Shown piece by piece: positions 1 to 9,598 of a stretch of 35,787 bases of DNA. Position numbers and translations under genes: made by a program. Where the stretch lies: assembly GCA_035698825.1 (NCBI GenBank), contig DASSBK010000221.1, forward strand, positions 1 to 35,787, written 5' to 3'. Below the pieces are notes generated by a model. It did not search any database and was not told where the DNA came from. It was given only the letters and a program-made list of their open reading frames with translations. The stretch is from Gemmatimonadota bacterium (GTDB taxonomy: Bacteria > Gemmatimonadota > Gemmatimonadetes > JACCXV01 > JAHWKZ01). Numbering within the stretch: position 1 is the stretch's first letter; each line of letters starts with the position of its first letter.

Positions 1-2739
1 AACGACGGCGCGGTCCGGTCGGAGGCGGGCGACGTGCTGGCGGCGACCGGCGCCGCGGACGCGGACATCGACTGGCTGGAAGCCTTCAACCAGCTGGGCG
101 CGGGGTTCTCCGGCTCGGCCCGGATCGGGATCCTCGACACCGGTGTGCGATCGACGCACGCGGACCTGAGCGGCCGCGTGCTCGCGCAGCACGACTTCTA
201 CAACAATGACCCGGACGCCTCGGACGATCAGGGACACGGCACGCACGTGGCCGGGATCGCCGGTGCGCGCGGCGGCGACGCGACGGGACTCTCGGGAGTG
301 GCCTGGGGCCCAAACATCGGGTTCGTGGTCGCCAAGGTCTGCACGCCCACGTTCTTCGGTCTGAACGCCGAATGCCCCAGCTCAGCGCTGGCCGCCGGGA
401 TCACCTGGGCCGTGGATCGGGGAGCGAACGTCCTCAACATCAGCCTCGGCGGCACAGAGCCCTCGCAGACCGAGCAGCTCGCACTCCAGTACGCCCGCGA
501 CCACGGCGTGCTGCCCTTCTGCGCGGCTGGGAACAGTGGACAGCAGGGCGTGCTGTGGCCGGCGGCGTTCCCGGAATGCATCGCCGTCAGCGCCACGGAT
601 TGGAGCGACGGCCTGGCCAGCTACTCGAACTGGGGGCCGGAGGTGCGGCTGGCCGCGCCGGGCGGTGACTCCGAGAACGCAAGCGGCTACAGCCAGATCG
701 CTTCGACGTGCTTCTCGAGCGACGTCGACTACTGCCTCAAAGCCGGAACCTCCATGGCGACGCCACAGGCCGCCGGTCTGGGCGCGCTGCTCTACGCGAT
801 GGGCCTCTCGGGGGCCGAAGTGCTCGAGCGGATGGAGTCGACGGCCGACGATCTCGGCGACCCGGGAATGGACGACCGGTTCGGCCACGGGCGCATCAAC
901 GTCTGGCGCGCGATCAACGACCTTCCCGCGCCGCCTCCGAACCCACCTCCGGCGGCCGACTTCTCCCATTCCTGCTCGGGCGGCGATTGCGCATTCACCG
1001 ATCTCAGCTCGGACAGTAACGGGACCGTGGTCGGCTGGAGCTGGACGTTCGGCGACGGTGGTACGTCGAGCGCGCAGAATCCCACGCATGCGTACGTGTG
1101 CGGCGGCACCTACGCCGTGACGCTGCGAGCGACCGACGACGGTGGGGCGATCGGGACGGCGACCCGGAGCGTGTCGGTCAGCGTGCCGGCGGTGGGAGGC
1201 GGGCCCGGCGAGCCGGGCGCGATTCCGGGGCTCACCCTCTGGCTCCGCGCCGATGGGCTGACGGGCCTCGCGGACGGCGATCCCGTCGCGACGTGGCCCG
1301 ACGCCTCGGGCTCCTGCAACCACGCCACTCAGGCCTCGGCGTCGAAGCGACCGACGTTTCGCGCCGCACAGGTGGCCGGGTTGCCGGCGGTGTCCTTCGA
1401 CGCCGCCGACGACGGGATGGAGACGCCCGTCGATCCGCCGCAGACGACCACGATCGTGGCCGTGTACGCCTCTCGCGCCGGCGCGACCGGCCACGTGCTG
1501 AACGGTGGGTTCAGCTTCTTCGAAGGACCGTACGTCGGCCGCTACCGGGCATACACCGGGAAGTACCTGAATGGGCCTGCGACGACCGCCGGCCGCTGGA
1601 TCGTCCAGGGCTTCCGGCAGACGAGCTCCAAGGCCGAGCTGTGGATCGACGGGACCGAGGTCACGAGCTCGAACAAGACGGTGAACCCGGGCCCGCTAAT
1701 GCTCGCCCGCCAGGGAACGTACAGTCAGGTGCTCGACGGCGCGCTGGCCGAGCTCCTGGTCTACGATCGCGCGCTGACGGACGCCGAGCTGGACCAGGTC
1801 CATGCCTGGCTCCACGATCGCTACGTGCCGCCGCCCGTCCCGAACAAGCCACCTGTCGCCGACTTCACGTGGACGTGCACGCACCTGTCGTGCGTGTTCG
1901 AGAACACGAGCACGGATTCCGACGGGACCGTGACGGAATGGAGCTGGACCTTCGGCGACGGAGGGACATCGACGGAGGAGGATCCCGAGCACGACTTCGC
2001 GGCCGCCGCGCCGTACCAGGTGACGCTGACCGTGACCGACGACGACGGGGACACCGCGTCGGTGACGAAACCGGTTGCGGTCGAGGCGCCACCCGACCCG
2101 GGACCCTTTGAAGATCCGGCGTCCTTGCCGGGACTGGTGCTGTGGCTGCAAGCGGACGCCCTGACAGGTCTCGCCGAAGGGGCACCCGTGGTCACGTGGC
2201 CGGACCGCTCGGGCGCCGGCAATCATGCATCGCAGGCCGTCGCCTCCAAGAGGCCACGGTACCGCGGCGGTGTCGTCAATGGGCTCCCGGCGGTGCAGTT
2301 CGACGCCGCCGACGACGGAATGACCACGCCCGCGGATCCGGGAACGCCCGTCACGATCGTCGTCGTCTATGCGTCGCGCGCGGCCGCTTCGGGCCATGCG
2401 CTGAACGGCGGCTTCAGCTTCTTCATGGGCCCCTACGTGGGGCGCTACCGGAATTACACGGGCCAGTACGCCACGGGCCCGAGCGTGACGGCGGGGAGAT
2501 GGCTGGCCCAGACGATGCGTCAGTCGGCGGCGCTGGCCGAGCTGTTCGTCGACGGGGTGTTCACGGCTTCGACCACGCGGACCGCGAACCCCGCGCCGCT
2601 CAAGCTCGCGCGCGAAGGGTCATACGGCGCGATCCTCGACGGCTGGATCGCCGAGGTCATCGTCTACGACCGCGCGCTCGACGACGCCGAGCTGGCGGAT
2701 GTGCATGAGTGGGTGCGCCACCGCTACGCCTTGGAGTAG
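1..2739 (+). CDS. S8 (subtilisin-like) serine peptidase with two tandem PKD + jelly-roll (LamG/ConA-like) modules; 5'-truncated
   Basis: Frame is open from base 1. Catalytic triad motifs ILDTG, HGTHVAG and GTSMATP, plus oxyanion AAGN. PKD signatures WSWTFGDG occur twice, each followed by a ~200-aa repeat starting PGLxLWLxAD. Confidence 0.88.
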   Translation, partial: NDGAVRSEAGDVLAATGAADADIDWLEAFNQLGAGFSGSARIGILDTGVRSTHADLSGRVLAQHDFYNNDPDASDDQGHGTHVAGIAGARGGDATGLSGVAWGPNIGFVVAKVCTPTFFGLNAECPSSALAAGITWAVDRGANVLNISLGGTEPSQTEQLALQYARDHGVLPFCAAGNSGQQGVLWPAAFPECIAVSATDWSDGLASYSNWGPEVRLAAPGGDSENASGYSQIASTCFSSDVDYCLKAGTSMATPQAAGLGALLYAMGLSGAEVLERMESTADDLGDPGMDDRFGHGRINVWRAINDLPAPPPNPPPAADFSHSCSGGDCAFTDLSSDSNGTVVGWSWTFGDGGTSSAQNPTHAYVCGGTYAVTLRATDDGGAIGTATRSVSVSVPAVGGGPGEPGAIPGLTLWLRADGLTGLADGDPVATWPDASGSCNHATQASASKRPTFRAAQVAGLPAVSFDAADDGMETPVDPPQTTTIVAVYASRAGATGHVLNGGFSFFEGPYVGRYRAYTGKYLNGPATTAGRWIVQGFRQTSSKAELWIDGTEVTSSNKTVNPGPLMLARQGTYSQVLDGALAELLVYDRALTDAELDQVHAWLHDRYVPPPVPNKPPVADFTWTCTHLSCVFENTSTDSDGTVTEWSWTFGDGGTSTEEDPEHDFAAAAPYQVTLTVTDDDGDTASVTKPVAVEAPPDPGPFEDPASLPGLVLWLQADALTGLAEGAPVVTWPDRSGAGNHASQAVASKRPRYRGGVVNGLPAVQFDAADDGMTTPADPGTPVTIVVVYASRAAASGHALNGGFSFFMGPYVGRYRNYTGQYATGPSVTAGRWLAQTMRQSAALAELFVDGVFTASTTRTANPAPLKLAREGSYGAILDGWIAEVIVYDRALDDAELADVHEWVRHRYALE

Positions 2740-2741
2740 TC

Positions 2742-2860
2742 GGATGATGAAAACGGCCCGCCTGCTGCGTTGGGCTCCTCGTTCTTCCTGCGGCGTGGGA
2801 ATCACCACGCCTAGGAAGAGCCTCGTCGCCCGCCTTGCATCCGGGCCGTTTTGATCATCC
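2742..2860. repeat. ~120-bp long-hairpin intergenic element, copy A
   Basis: 19-bp terminal inverted repeat GGATGATGAAAACGGCCCG/CGGGCCGTTTTGATCATCC with 1 mismatch, and nested inner stems. Aligns over its full length with 26249-26368. Confidence 0.85.
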
Positions 2861-2979
2861 TCCGCGGGTGGGGCAGGCAGGCATCGCTCGGCAGCGAAGT
2901 CGCGAATCGGATGCGGGGTCGGGCGCTGTCGTCGAGGCGGATCAGATAGCGGGATCGCTCGCTCGATCGGCCGTGGCGC

Positions 2980-4308
2980 TCATCTGTCGGCGATGGCGTT
3001 CGCGCCGGTTTCCCGCCACCGCCCGCCCACACAGGTCGCGGCGATTGCGCGGTCACCCGAGCCGAACACCCAGGCGTCGAGAAGCGCCCCTTCGTCACAG
3101 TCCCGGAGCTCGGGGGCGTCGAGGTCGAGCGCGGTGAGGTCGGCCCAGTAGCCGCGCGCGATCGCGCCGGCCGGAATGTCGAGCGCGGCGGCGCCACCCT
3201 GCGTGGCGATCGCCAGGAGCGACCGCCCCACGCAGCCCTCTTCGTCGGCCAGGACGCCACGCTTCTCGCGGCGGAGCCGCTGGCCGTACTCCAGCCAGCG
3301 CATCTCCTCGCTCATCGCGATCCGCAGGTTGGAGTCCGTCCCCAGGCAGAGCCGATCCAGGTGACCCGTCGCATCCGCGAGATCGGGGATGCCGTCTCCG
3401 AGATTCGCCTCGGTCAGCGGGCAGATGCAGACCGAACCCCCCGCCGCGACGAAGCTCTCGAGGTGCTCGCGAGCGGTGTGTGTGCAGTGGACCGCCGTGA
3501 GGCCTTCGAGCGAGGAGAGCGACCGTGACAGCAACGCGATCGGCGGCTCGCCGTACGCGGCGATGCACTCCTCGATCTCGCCGCGCTGCTCCTCGACGTG
3601 CATGTGGACGGGCAGCGCGCGCCGGCGAGCCTCCGCATGGACGGCGGCCAGGTCGTCGAGAGTCGCCGCGCGGATCGAATGGGGCGCGACGCCGAGCGAC
3701 TGGGTCGCGGGATCGATGCGCTCGGCGATTCGATCGAACCGCTCCCAATACTTGGCGACCGATCCGACCGCGAACCGCCGCTGCGCGGGCCCGAGCGGCC
3801 GCCCGATCCCGCCCGTCTCGTAGTACGACTGCAGGAGGACGAGCCGGATCCCGACCTCCGCGGCCGCGTCGAGGACGACCGTGTCGAACGAGCCGTCCCT
3901 CTCGTCGGTGGCATGGTGGAGATAGTGGAACTCGCCGACCGCCGTGATCCCGGCGTCCCGCATCTCCCGGAAGGCACGCACGCAGAGATCGCGAAACCGG
4001 ACGGGGTCGAGGGATCCCACGAGCTCGTACATGGCGTCGCGCCAGGTCCAGAAGCTGCCGGCTCCGGACGAAAACCCTTCGGGGCGCCCCCGGAGGCCGA
4101 TCTGGAAGGCGTGGGAGTGGGCATCGACGAGACCCGGGACGAGCGCTCGGCGCGGGAGCCGCCGGGTGGGCGTCGCCTCGAGCGCGCCGACCGCTTCGAT
4201 GCGCCCGGCCTCGTCGATGGCGATCCGGACCCCGCGCTCGAATCGCGAGCCGGTCCACGTGAGATCGGCCTCGAGGACGGCAGCGGGGGTCAGGAAATCC
4301 TCTTGCAC
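2980..4308 (-). CDS. hutF: Formimidoylglutamate deiminase (amidohydrolase superfamily)
   Basis: Motifs AHSHAFQ, FWTWRDAMY, GEFHYLHH, APHSIRA, HMHVEEQ, CPLTEANLGDG and GTDSN. GTG start at 4308 inferred from overlap with the upstream gene; the longer ORF-track N-terminus is spurious. Confidence 0.85.
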   Translation of the reverse strand: MQEDFLTPAAVLEADLTWTGSRFERGVRIAIDEAGRIEAVGALEATPTRRLPRRALVPGLVDAHSHAFQIGLRGRPEGFSSGAGSFWTWRDAMYELVGSLDPVRFRDLCVRAFREMRDAGITAVGEFHYLHHATDERDGSFDTVVLDAAAEVGIRLVLLQSYYETGGIGRPLGPAQRRFAVGSVAKYWERFDRIAERIDPATQSLGVAPHSIRAATLDDLAAVHAEARRRALPVHMHVEEQRGEIEECIAAYGEPPIALLSRSLSSLEGLTAVHCTHTAREHLESFVAAGGSVCICPLTEANLGDGIPDLADATGHLDRLCLGTDSNLRIAMSEEMRWLEYGQRLRREKRGVLADEEGCVGRSLLAIATQGGAAALDIPAGAIARGYWADLTALDLDAPELRDCDEGALLDAWVFGSGDRAIAATCVGGRWRETGANAIADR

Positions 4309-5462
4309 CAGCGGTCCACCGCCCGGACGAGCGTGTCGTGCGCCGCCGCCAGGTCGGCGAGTGGGATGAACTCGTTCGCCCGATGGGCCACTTCGATCGA
4401 TCCCGGACCCCAGATCGCGCACTCGAACCCGAGGCGCTGGAGCCAGCCCGCGTCGGTGGCGAAGGACACGCTCTCCGCCGCGGGCGAGGACGGATGCATC
4501 GGCCGGGCGGCCTCGCCCTCGAGCCACTCCCAGAGGTCCGATCCTTCCTCGAGCTCCGCGGGCGGGCTCTCGGCCGTCATCTCGAGCCTCCACGTCGCGT
4601 GGCCGGCCGCGCGCTCGACCGCCTCGCGAACCCGCGCGACGAATTCTCCGGAGTTCATCCCGGGCAGGAGCCGCGCGCCGAGCTCGATCTCGCACCGGTC
4701 GGGGATCACGTTCGCCGCCGCGCCACCGTCGATCCGTCCGACGTTCAAGGCCGCGAACGGAACCTGGGGGAACGCGTTCGCGCGCGGCGGGCGCTCGCCT
4801 TCGAGAGCCCGCCGCAGCTCCTCCAGCGCGAGGACCACCCGCGCGGCGGGCTCGATCGCGCTCCGCCCGAGGTGCGGCAGTCCGCTGTGGGCGGCCTTCC
4901 CCTCGACGACGATGCGGACCCGCAGATGCCCCTTGTGGACCCGCGCGGGAACGAGCGAGGTCGGCTCGCCGACGATCGTGCGCCGGGGAAGCGGCTCGGG
5001 CGGCCCACCGGACTCGAAGAGCCTTCGTGCGCCGCGGGTGCCGACTTCCTCGTCGTAGGTGAACAGGAGCGCCAAGGGGCGGTCGAGGCGCTCGGGGTCG
5101 GCCTCCAGCAGCGTCCGGATCGCCAGAGCGAGGAATCCCTTCATGTCCGCCGTGCCCCGGCCGAAGATCGCGCCATCGCGCGGCGCCGCCTCGAAGGGAT
5201 CGGACTGCCACCCGGGTTCGAGCGCCGGCACGACGTCGGTGTGGCCGCAGAGGGTCAGGCCCTCCCGGTCCCCCCGCAGGGGACCGGCGACGATGGCGAG
5301 GTTTGCCTTCTCCCCGTTCTCCGACGGCATCCGGTGGATCCGCAGCCCGCGCCGGTCCAGGCATTCACAGACGAAATCGACGAGCGGGAGGTTGCTCCGC
5401 GAGCTGGTGGTGTCGAAGGCGACCAGGCGCTCCAGGATCTCGACGTCGGACAGACGCGGCAC
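4290..5462 (-). CDS. argE: M20-family deacylase, acetylornithine deacetylase-like
   Basis: Motifs LVAFDTTS, GHTDVVP, GRGTADMKGF, YDEEVG, VGEPT, GPGSIEVAHRANE. GTG start shares a base with the recQ stop (TAGTG). Confidence 0.8.
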   Translation of the reverse strand: MPRLSDVEILERLVAFDTTSSRSNLPLVDFVCECLDRRGLRIHRMPSENGEKANLAIVAGPLRGDREGLTLCGHTDVVPALEPGWQSDPFEAAPRDGAIFGRGTADMKGFLALAIRTLLEADPERLDRPLALLFTYDEEVGTRGARRLFESGGPPEPLPRRTIVGEPTSLVPARVHKGHLRVRIVVEGKAAHSGLPHLGRSAIEPAARVVLALEELRRALEGERPPRANAFPQVPFAALNVGRIDGGAAANVIPDRCEIELGARLLPGMNSGEFVARVREAVERAAGHATWRLEMTAESPPAELEEGSDLWEWLEGEAARPMHPSSPAAESVSFATDAGWLQRLGFECAIWGPGSIEVAHRANEFIPLADLAAAHDTLVRAVDRWCKRIS

Positions 5463-6955
5463 TACGCCTCTCCGTCCGCGCCGTTCAGGGCCTCCAGGAA
5501 GGCGTCGCCGTACCGCTCGAACTTCACCGGTCCGACGCCGGTCACCTCGAGCATCTGGCTGCGGTTCCGCGGCAGCCGCGAGGCCATCTCCCGCAGGGTC
5601 GAATCGTGGAACACGACGTAGGCGGGCACGCCGCGCGAATCCGCCAGCTCCCGCCGCAGCGCGCGGAGGCGCTCGAACACGACCGGGTTCTCCGGCTCGG
5701 CCTGCGCGCGGGCGCCGGAGGGGGCGGTGCTCCCGCGCGCCAGATCCTCGACCGCCACGCCGGCGCAGACGTCGCACGACCCGCCGCAGGCCGCGATCTC
5801 CTCGTCGAAGTGCTCGACGATGGCGCGGTGGCGGCACTCCCGCGAGTCCGCCATCTCGAAGAGGTCCACCGTGGCCCGCCGCTTCTCGGCTCGCTGATCA
5901 GGGTCGGGGATGGCGTCGAGGAACCGCTCGTGGAGTCTGACGTCGGCCCACGAGTAGAAGAGGAAACATTCGCTGGAAAGTCCGTCGCGTCCCGCGCGCC
6001 CCAACTCCTGGACCCACGACTCGACGTCCTTCGGCATGTCCCGATGGATGACGAAGCGCACGTCGGGCTTGTCGATCCCCATGCCGAAGGCGATGGTCGC
6101 GACCACCACGTCCGCACGATCGCGCGCGAACGCCTCCTGGTTGGCGTGCCGCTCCGCCTCCGGCAGCCCGGCGTGGTAGGGAACGGCGGAGACCCCCTTC
6201 CGACGGAGCCACTCGGCCGTGCTCTCCACCGCGCGCCGCGACATGCAGTACACGATCCCGCTCTCGCCGGAGTGGCGTCGCACGAGCGTGAGGATCTCCC
6301 GCCGCGTGTTGCCTCCGCCGCCCTTCTTCCGCACCCCGATCCACAGGTTCGGCCGGAAGAACGAGCCCTTGAAGCCGGCGGGGCGCCGCATGCCGAGCTG
6401 GCGCAGGATGTCGCGCGCGACCCTGCGGGTGGCTGTCGCGGTGAGCGCGAGCACGGGGATGTCGCCGAGGCTCTCGCGAAGCCCCGCGAGCCGCCGGTAG
6501 GACGGACGAAAGTCGTGTCCCCACTGGCTGATGCAGTGCGCCTCGTCGACCACCATGAGGGACAGGGGGCATCCGGCGAGGAGATCCCGGAGCCGGCCCT
6601 CCAGCGCCTCGGGCGCCAGGTAGACGATCTCGTAACCGCCCGCCCGCAGGGTCTCGAGGCGGCGCCGGCGCTCGTCCCGGTCGAGCGTGGAGTCTATCCG
6701 TGTGGCGCGGAAGCCGAGATCGGCCAGCGCGTCGACCTGGTCCTTCATCAGGGAGATGAGGGGGGAGAGGACGAGCACGGTGCCGGGCAGGATCCGCGCC
6801 GGCAGCTGGAACGTCAGCGATTTGCCGCCCCCCGTGGGCATGACCGCGATGCAGTCCCGCCCGGCCAGCACCGCCTCGATGACCTCGCGCTGGCCCGGAA
6901 GGAACGCGTCGAACCCGAATACCCCGCGCAGGACGCCCTGGATGTCCTCCGTCAC
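5462..6955 (-). CDS. recQ: RecQ-family ATP-dependent DNA helicase with HRDC domain
   Basis: Motifs MPTGGGKSL, VDEAHCISQWGHDFRP, ATIAFGMGIDKPDVR, QELGRAGRDG, a Zn-binding Cys cluster and C-terminal HRDC (VPAYVVFHDSTLREMA). Confidence 0.92.
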   Translation of the reverse strand: MTEDIQGVLRGVFGFDAFLPGQREVIEAVLAGRDCIAVMPTGGGKSLTFQLPARILPGTVLVLSPLISLMKDQVDALADLGFRATRIDSTLDRDERRRRLETLRAGGYEIVYLAPEALEGRLRDLLAGCPLSLMVVDEAHCISQWGHDFRPSYRRLAGLRESLGDIPVLALTATATRRVARDILRQLGMRRPAGFKGSFFRPNLWIGVRKKGGGGNTRREILTLVRRHSGESGIVYCMSRRAVESTAEWLRRKGVSAVPYHAGLPEAERHANQEAFARDRADVVVATIAFGMGIDKPDVRFVIHRDMPKDVESWVQELGRAGRDGLSSECFLFYSWADVRLHERFLDAIPDPDQRAEKRRATVDLFEMADSRECRHRAIVEHFDEEIAACGGSCDVCAGVAVEDLARGSTAPSGARAQAEPENPVVFERLRALRRELADSRGVPAYVVFHDSTLREMASRLPRNRSQMLEVTGVGPVKFERYGDAFLEALNGADGEA

Positions 6956-7008
6956 CGGACCGAGCCGCCCCCCATGGAATCAGACACGAAGCAAGCGCCG
7001 GGCCCGAA

Positions 7009-7446
7009 TCATTTGCGGAACACCTTGTACCCGAAGCTGCAGGGCGAGACCGAACAATCGTACATGTTGACCCAGAGTATGTGCGGACCGCTGGCCGGAG
7101 CGGTGAAGATGAGGACCGGATAGGCGTCGTCGAGCGCGTCGCTAGACACTTCGGTTCCATCGGTGTCGCTGAGAGTCAGGTCGAGATCGTCGCAGTCGGC
7201 GTCGCAGACGCCCATGATCATGTACTCCACGCCGCCCGCCAGATCGATCTCCAGGCCGACCGCTGCTCCGGCGTCGAGGAGACCGACGATCATGTCCTCC
7301 TGATCGGGCCGGTAGCCCTCCGTCGACATCCGGTCCTGCACCGCGTCGAGCTGGGCTTCCAGGATGGTGCGATAGGAGCCCTGAGCGTTCGTCGCCTGCG
7401 CGAAGGCGAGCAGCAGGATCGGGACGAGGAATACGAGTCGCGGCAT
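7009..7446 (-). CDS. Exported hypothetical protein, acidic beta-sandwich-like with two Cys pairs
   Basis: Signal peptide (AFAQA), SD GAGGAG upstream, motifs GVCDADCDDLDL and CSVSPC. Confidence 0.7.
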   Translation of the reverse strand: MPRLVFLVPILLLAFAQATNAQGSYRTILEAQLDAVQDRMSTEGYRPDQEDMIVGLLDAGAAVGLEIDLAGGVEYMIMGVCDADCDDLDLTLSDTDGTEVSSDALDDAYPVLIFTAPASGPHILWVNMYDCSVSPCSFGYKVFRK

Positions 7447-7590
7447 GCGCTTTCTCCTCGGGTGCTGTGGTTTGGCTGCGGGGGACGACTAGGGGAATAT
7501 AGTGGGTTTTGAATCCCGGCCGTGGCCGCGTCGTCAGGGGAAGGCGGTCGCGCCCGGACGGCCACCCATCCATTCAACCGAGGAGAATCG

Positions 7591-8067
7591 ATGACCCGTG
7601 TGACGATGGCATTCGTGCTGTTCGCGGCCATGGCGGCGCCCGCACCGGCGCCCGCTCAGGAAAGCGAGGACGCCGCGGTCATGGCGGTGGTCGAGTCGAT
7701 GTTCGACGCCATGCGCGCCGGCGACAGCGCCGCCATGCGCGCGGTGCTCCACCCCACCGCGACCCTTGCCAGCGCCTTCGTCCAGGAGGGCGTGCCCACG
7801 CTCACCCGCGAAGAATCGCTGGACGGCTTCGTCGAGGCGGTCGGCACCCCGCACGAAGAGGTCTGGGACGAGCGGATCTGGGATGCGGAGGTGCGGGTCG
7901 ACGGGAACCTCGCGACCGCCTGGATGAAGTACGCGTTCTACGCGGGTGACGAGTTCAGCCACTGCGGAGTCGACGCGTTCCAGCTCTTCAAGGATGTGGA
8001 CGGCTGGAAGGTCTTTCACGTGGCGGATACCCGACGGCGGGAGGGCTGCGAGACACCGGAAGGCTGA
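7591..8067 (+). CDS. Exported NTF2/SnoaL-like family protein
   Basis: AGGAG SD before ATG 7591, signal peptide ending APA-Q, and the pattern MFDAMRAGD...VDGNLATAWMKY...HCGVDAFQL...GWKV. Confidence 0.78.
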   Translation: MTRVTMAFVLFAAMAAPAPAPAQESEDAAVMAVVESMFDAMRAGDSAAMRAVLHPTATLASAFVQEGVPTLTREESLDGFVEAVGTPHEEVWDERIWDAEVRVDGNLATAWMKYAFYAGDEFSHCGVDAFQLFKDVDGWKVFHVADTRRREGCETPEG

Positions 8068-8106
8068 ATCGAAGGCCGCCCGGGCGCCGCGGGCGTCGGG
8101 CGGGGA

Positions 8107-9501
8107 TCAGGGCACGGACACCGGCACCTCCGACCAGGTCCTCCGGAGCTTGCCCGTCCGGGGGTCCCTGCCCGGCGGGATCGGGGAGAGCTCGACCGAG
8201 ACGTGCGGCAATCCCCGCGCTCGCAGGTACGATCGTACCTTGCGTGCCATCTCTTCCCACACCGCGCCGCGGTCGGCTCCTTCGGAGAAGTTCACGCGGA
8301 AGGTGAGCACGTCTTCGGCGGTCTTGACCATCTGGGTTCCGGGACCGATCCCGGGGACGGAGCCGAGGAGGCCGATGATCAGGGCCATGGGGAGGAGCGC
8401 GACTTCCCGCTCCCCGTCCCGGAAGAAGAGCGTGTCGTGCTGCCTCCCTTCGACCTGCACGGCCGGCAGAGGGCTCTCGCACGGGCAGGGGTCCGGCCTC
8501 ACCGTCACCCGGTCCCCGAGATCGTGGCGTATCACCGGCTGGGTGCGGTTGGCGAGATTGGTGACGAGGGCGGTGTGGCTGGTTTCGCCGGGAGGCACGG
8601 GGCGAAACGCTTCGTCCACGGGCTCCAGCACGGCCCAGTCGGCGTTGACGTGGAGCCATCCCTCGGGACACTCGAACCCGAGGGCCAGGAACTCCGAAGC
8701 CGCATAGGAGTCGCGCAGCGGGCAACCGAACGCCGCTTCGATCCGGGCGCGGGCCGCCGGCTCCACCCATTCCGACACCGAGACCGCGAGGACGATGTCC
8801 AGGGAGAGGCGCCCCTGGAGCTGCTCGACGGCGAGGCAGTCGAGGGCGGTGGGATAGCCGACGAGCGCGGCCGGCTGCCAGTAGTCGAGTGCGCGAACGA
8901 TGCGCGAGACGGGCTTCTGGATGGAGAGCGTGCTCGAGCGGACGTTGGCGAAGGAGCCCAGCGGGCTCGGCCGCCGCACCATGGCGGCGCTCGCGTAGTG
9001 GCTGTTCGTCGCGATCACCGACGCGACTCGGCCGCCCCGGCGGCCCAGGCGGACCGCCCCGCGCGCGCCCAGCCAGGACATCCAGCCGCGGGTCAGCCAG
9101 AGAGCCCAATACACGTCCATGGCCTCCTGGTCGGTCACGAACAGCGACTTCTTCCCCGAGATGCCGGAGGAACGGCAGACGGAATAGCGGTCGAGCCACG
9201 GTCGCCCCACCCGCGCACGATCCTGCATGTATTCCCAGACCGCCTCGCGCGTGATCGCCGGCTCGGTGACCGTCTCGTCGAACCCTTCCACCCATTCCTG
9301 TTTCGTCACGGGGGGAAGATCCGCCAGGCGGGCATTCCCCGGGATGCCTCTCCAGTGGCGCCGATAGAAGGAGGTCCGCCGGGCGTACGTCAGCATCTCG
9401 GCCAGCCGCCGATCCCTGCGCGAGGCGATCGCGTCCGGGCCGCCTGATCGTGCGCGCAGGGCGTCCCACGCGACCCGGAGCAACCTGGCTCTTCTTCCCA
9501 T
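8107..9501 (-). CDS. Phenylacetate-CoA ligase (PaaK)/F390 synthetase-like adenylate-forming enzyme
   Basis: Motifs LPPVTK, SSGISG, YAASE, LVTNLAN..QPVIRHDLGD, CPC, EGR and terminal TGKLR. ATG 9501 preceded by AGGGA. Confidence 0.78.
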   Translation of the reverse strand: MGRRARLLRVAWDALRARSGGPDAIASRRDRRLAEMLTYARRTSFYRRHWRGIPGNARLADLPPVTKQEWVEGFDETVTEPAITREAVWEYMQDRARVGRPWLDRYSVCRSSGISGKKSLFVTDQEAMDVYWALWLTRGWMSWLGARGAVRLGRRGGRVASVIATNSHYASAAMVRRPSPLGSFANVRSSTLSIQKPVSRIVRALDYWQPAALVGYPTALDCLAVEQLQGRLSLDIVLAVSVSEWVEPAARARIEAAFGCPLRDSYAASEFLALGFECPEGWLHVNADWAVLEPVDEAFRPVPPGETSHTALVTNLANRTQPVIRHDLGDRVTVRPDPCPCESPLPAVQVEGRQHDTLFFRDGEREVALLPMALIIGLLGSVPGIGPGTQMVKTAEDVLTFRVNFSEGADRGAVWEEMARKVRSYLRARGLPHVSVELSPIPPGRDPRTGKLRRTWSEVPVSVP

Positions 9502-9598
9502 GGCGTCCCTGTCGAGGTATTCGGTGCGAGCCGTGAGAATATAGAATGGACTACCGTAGGGCGCGCCCGATTCGGCCATTCGAAGAGGAGGAACCCGA

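Noticed and set aside
2742-2860. CRISPR array or simple intrinsic terminator
   Set aside because: No repeat-spacer periodicity or cas genes. The element is far longer than a terminator and recurs inside an operon.
4309-5364. Apparent long N-terminal extensions on hutF and on ORFs 16527, 17165, 11981, 23599 and 30502-32196, suggesting fusions
   Set aside because: The extensions are Arg/Pro/Gly-rich off-frame readings of neighbouring genes. Real starts coincide with stop/start overlaps or SD sites.
5303-7123. 606-aa plus-strand ORF, and similar long ORFs at 13605-15908, 10953-12914, 22215-23810 and 33515-35377
   Set aside because: Antisense or off-frame shadows of well-supported genes. Stop codons are rare in high-GC DNA and these ORFs have no recognisable motifs.
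8071-8106. GC-rich hairpin between convergent genes
   Set aside because: Imperfect stem with no T-tract; expected by chance at this GC content.
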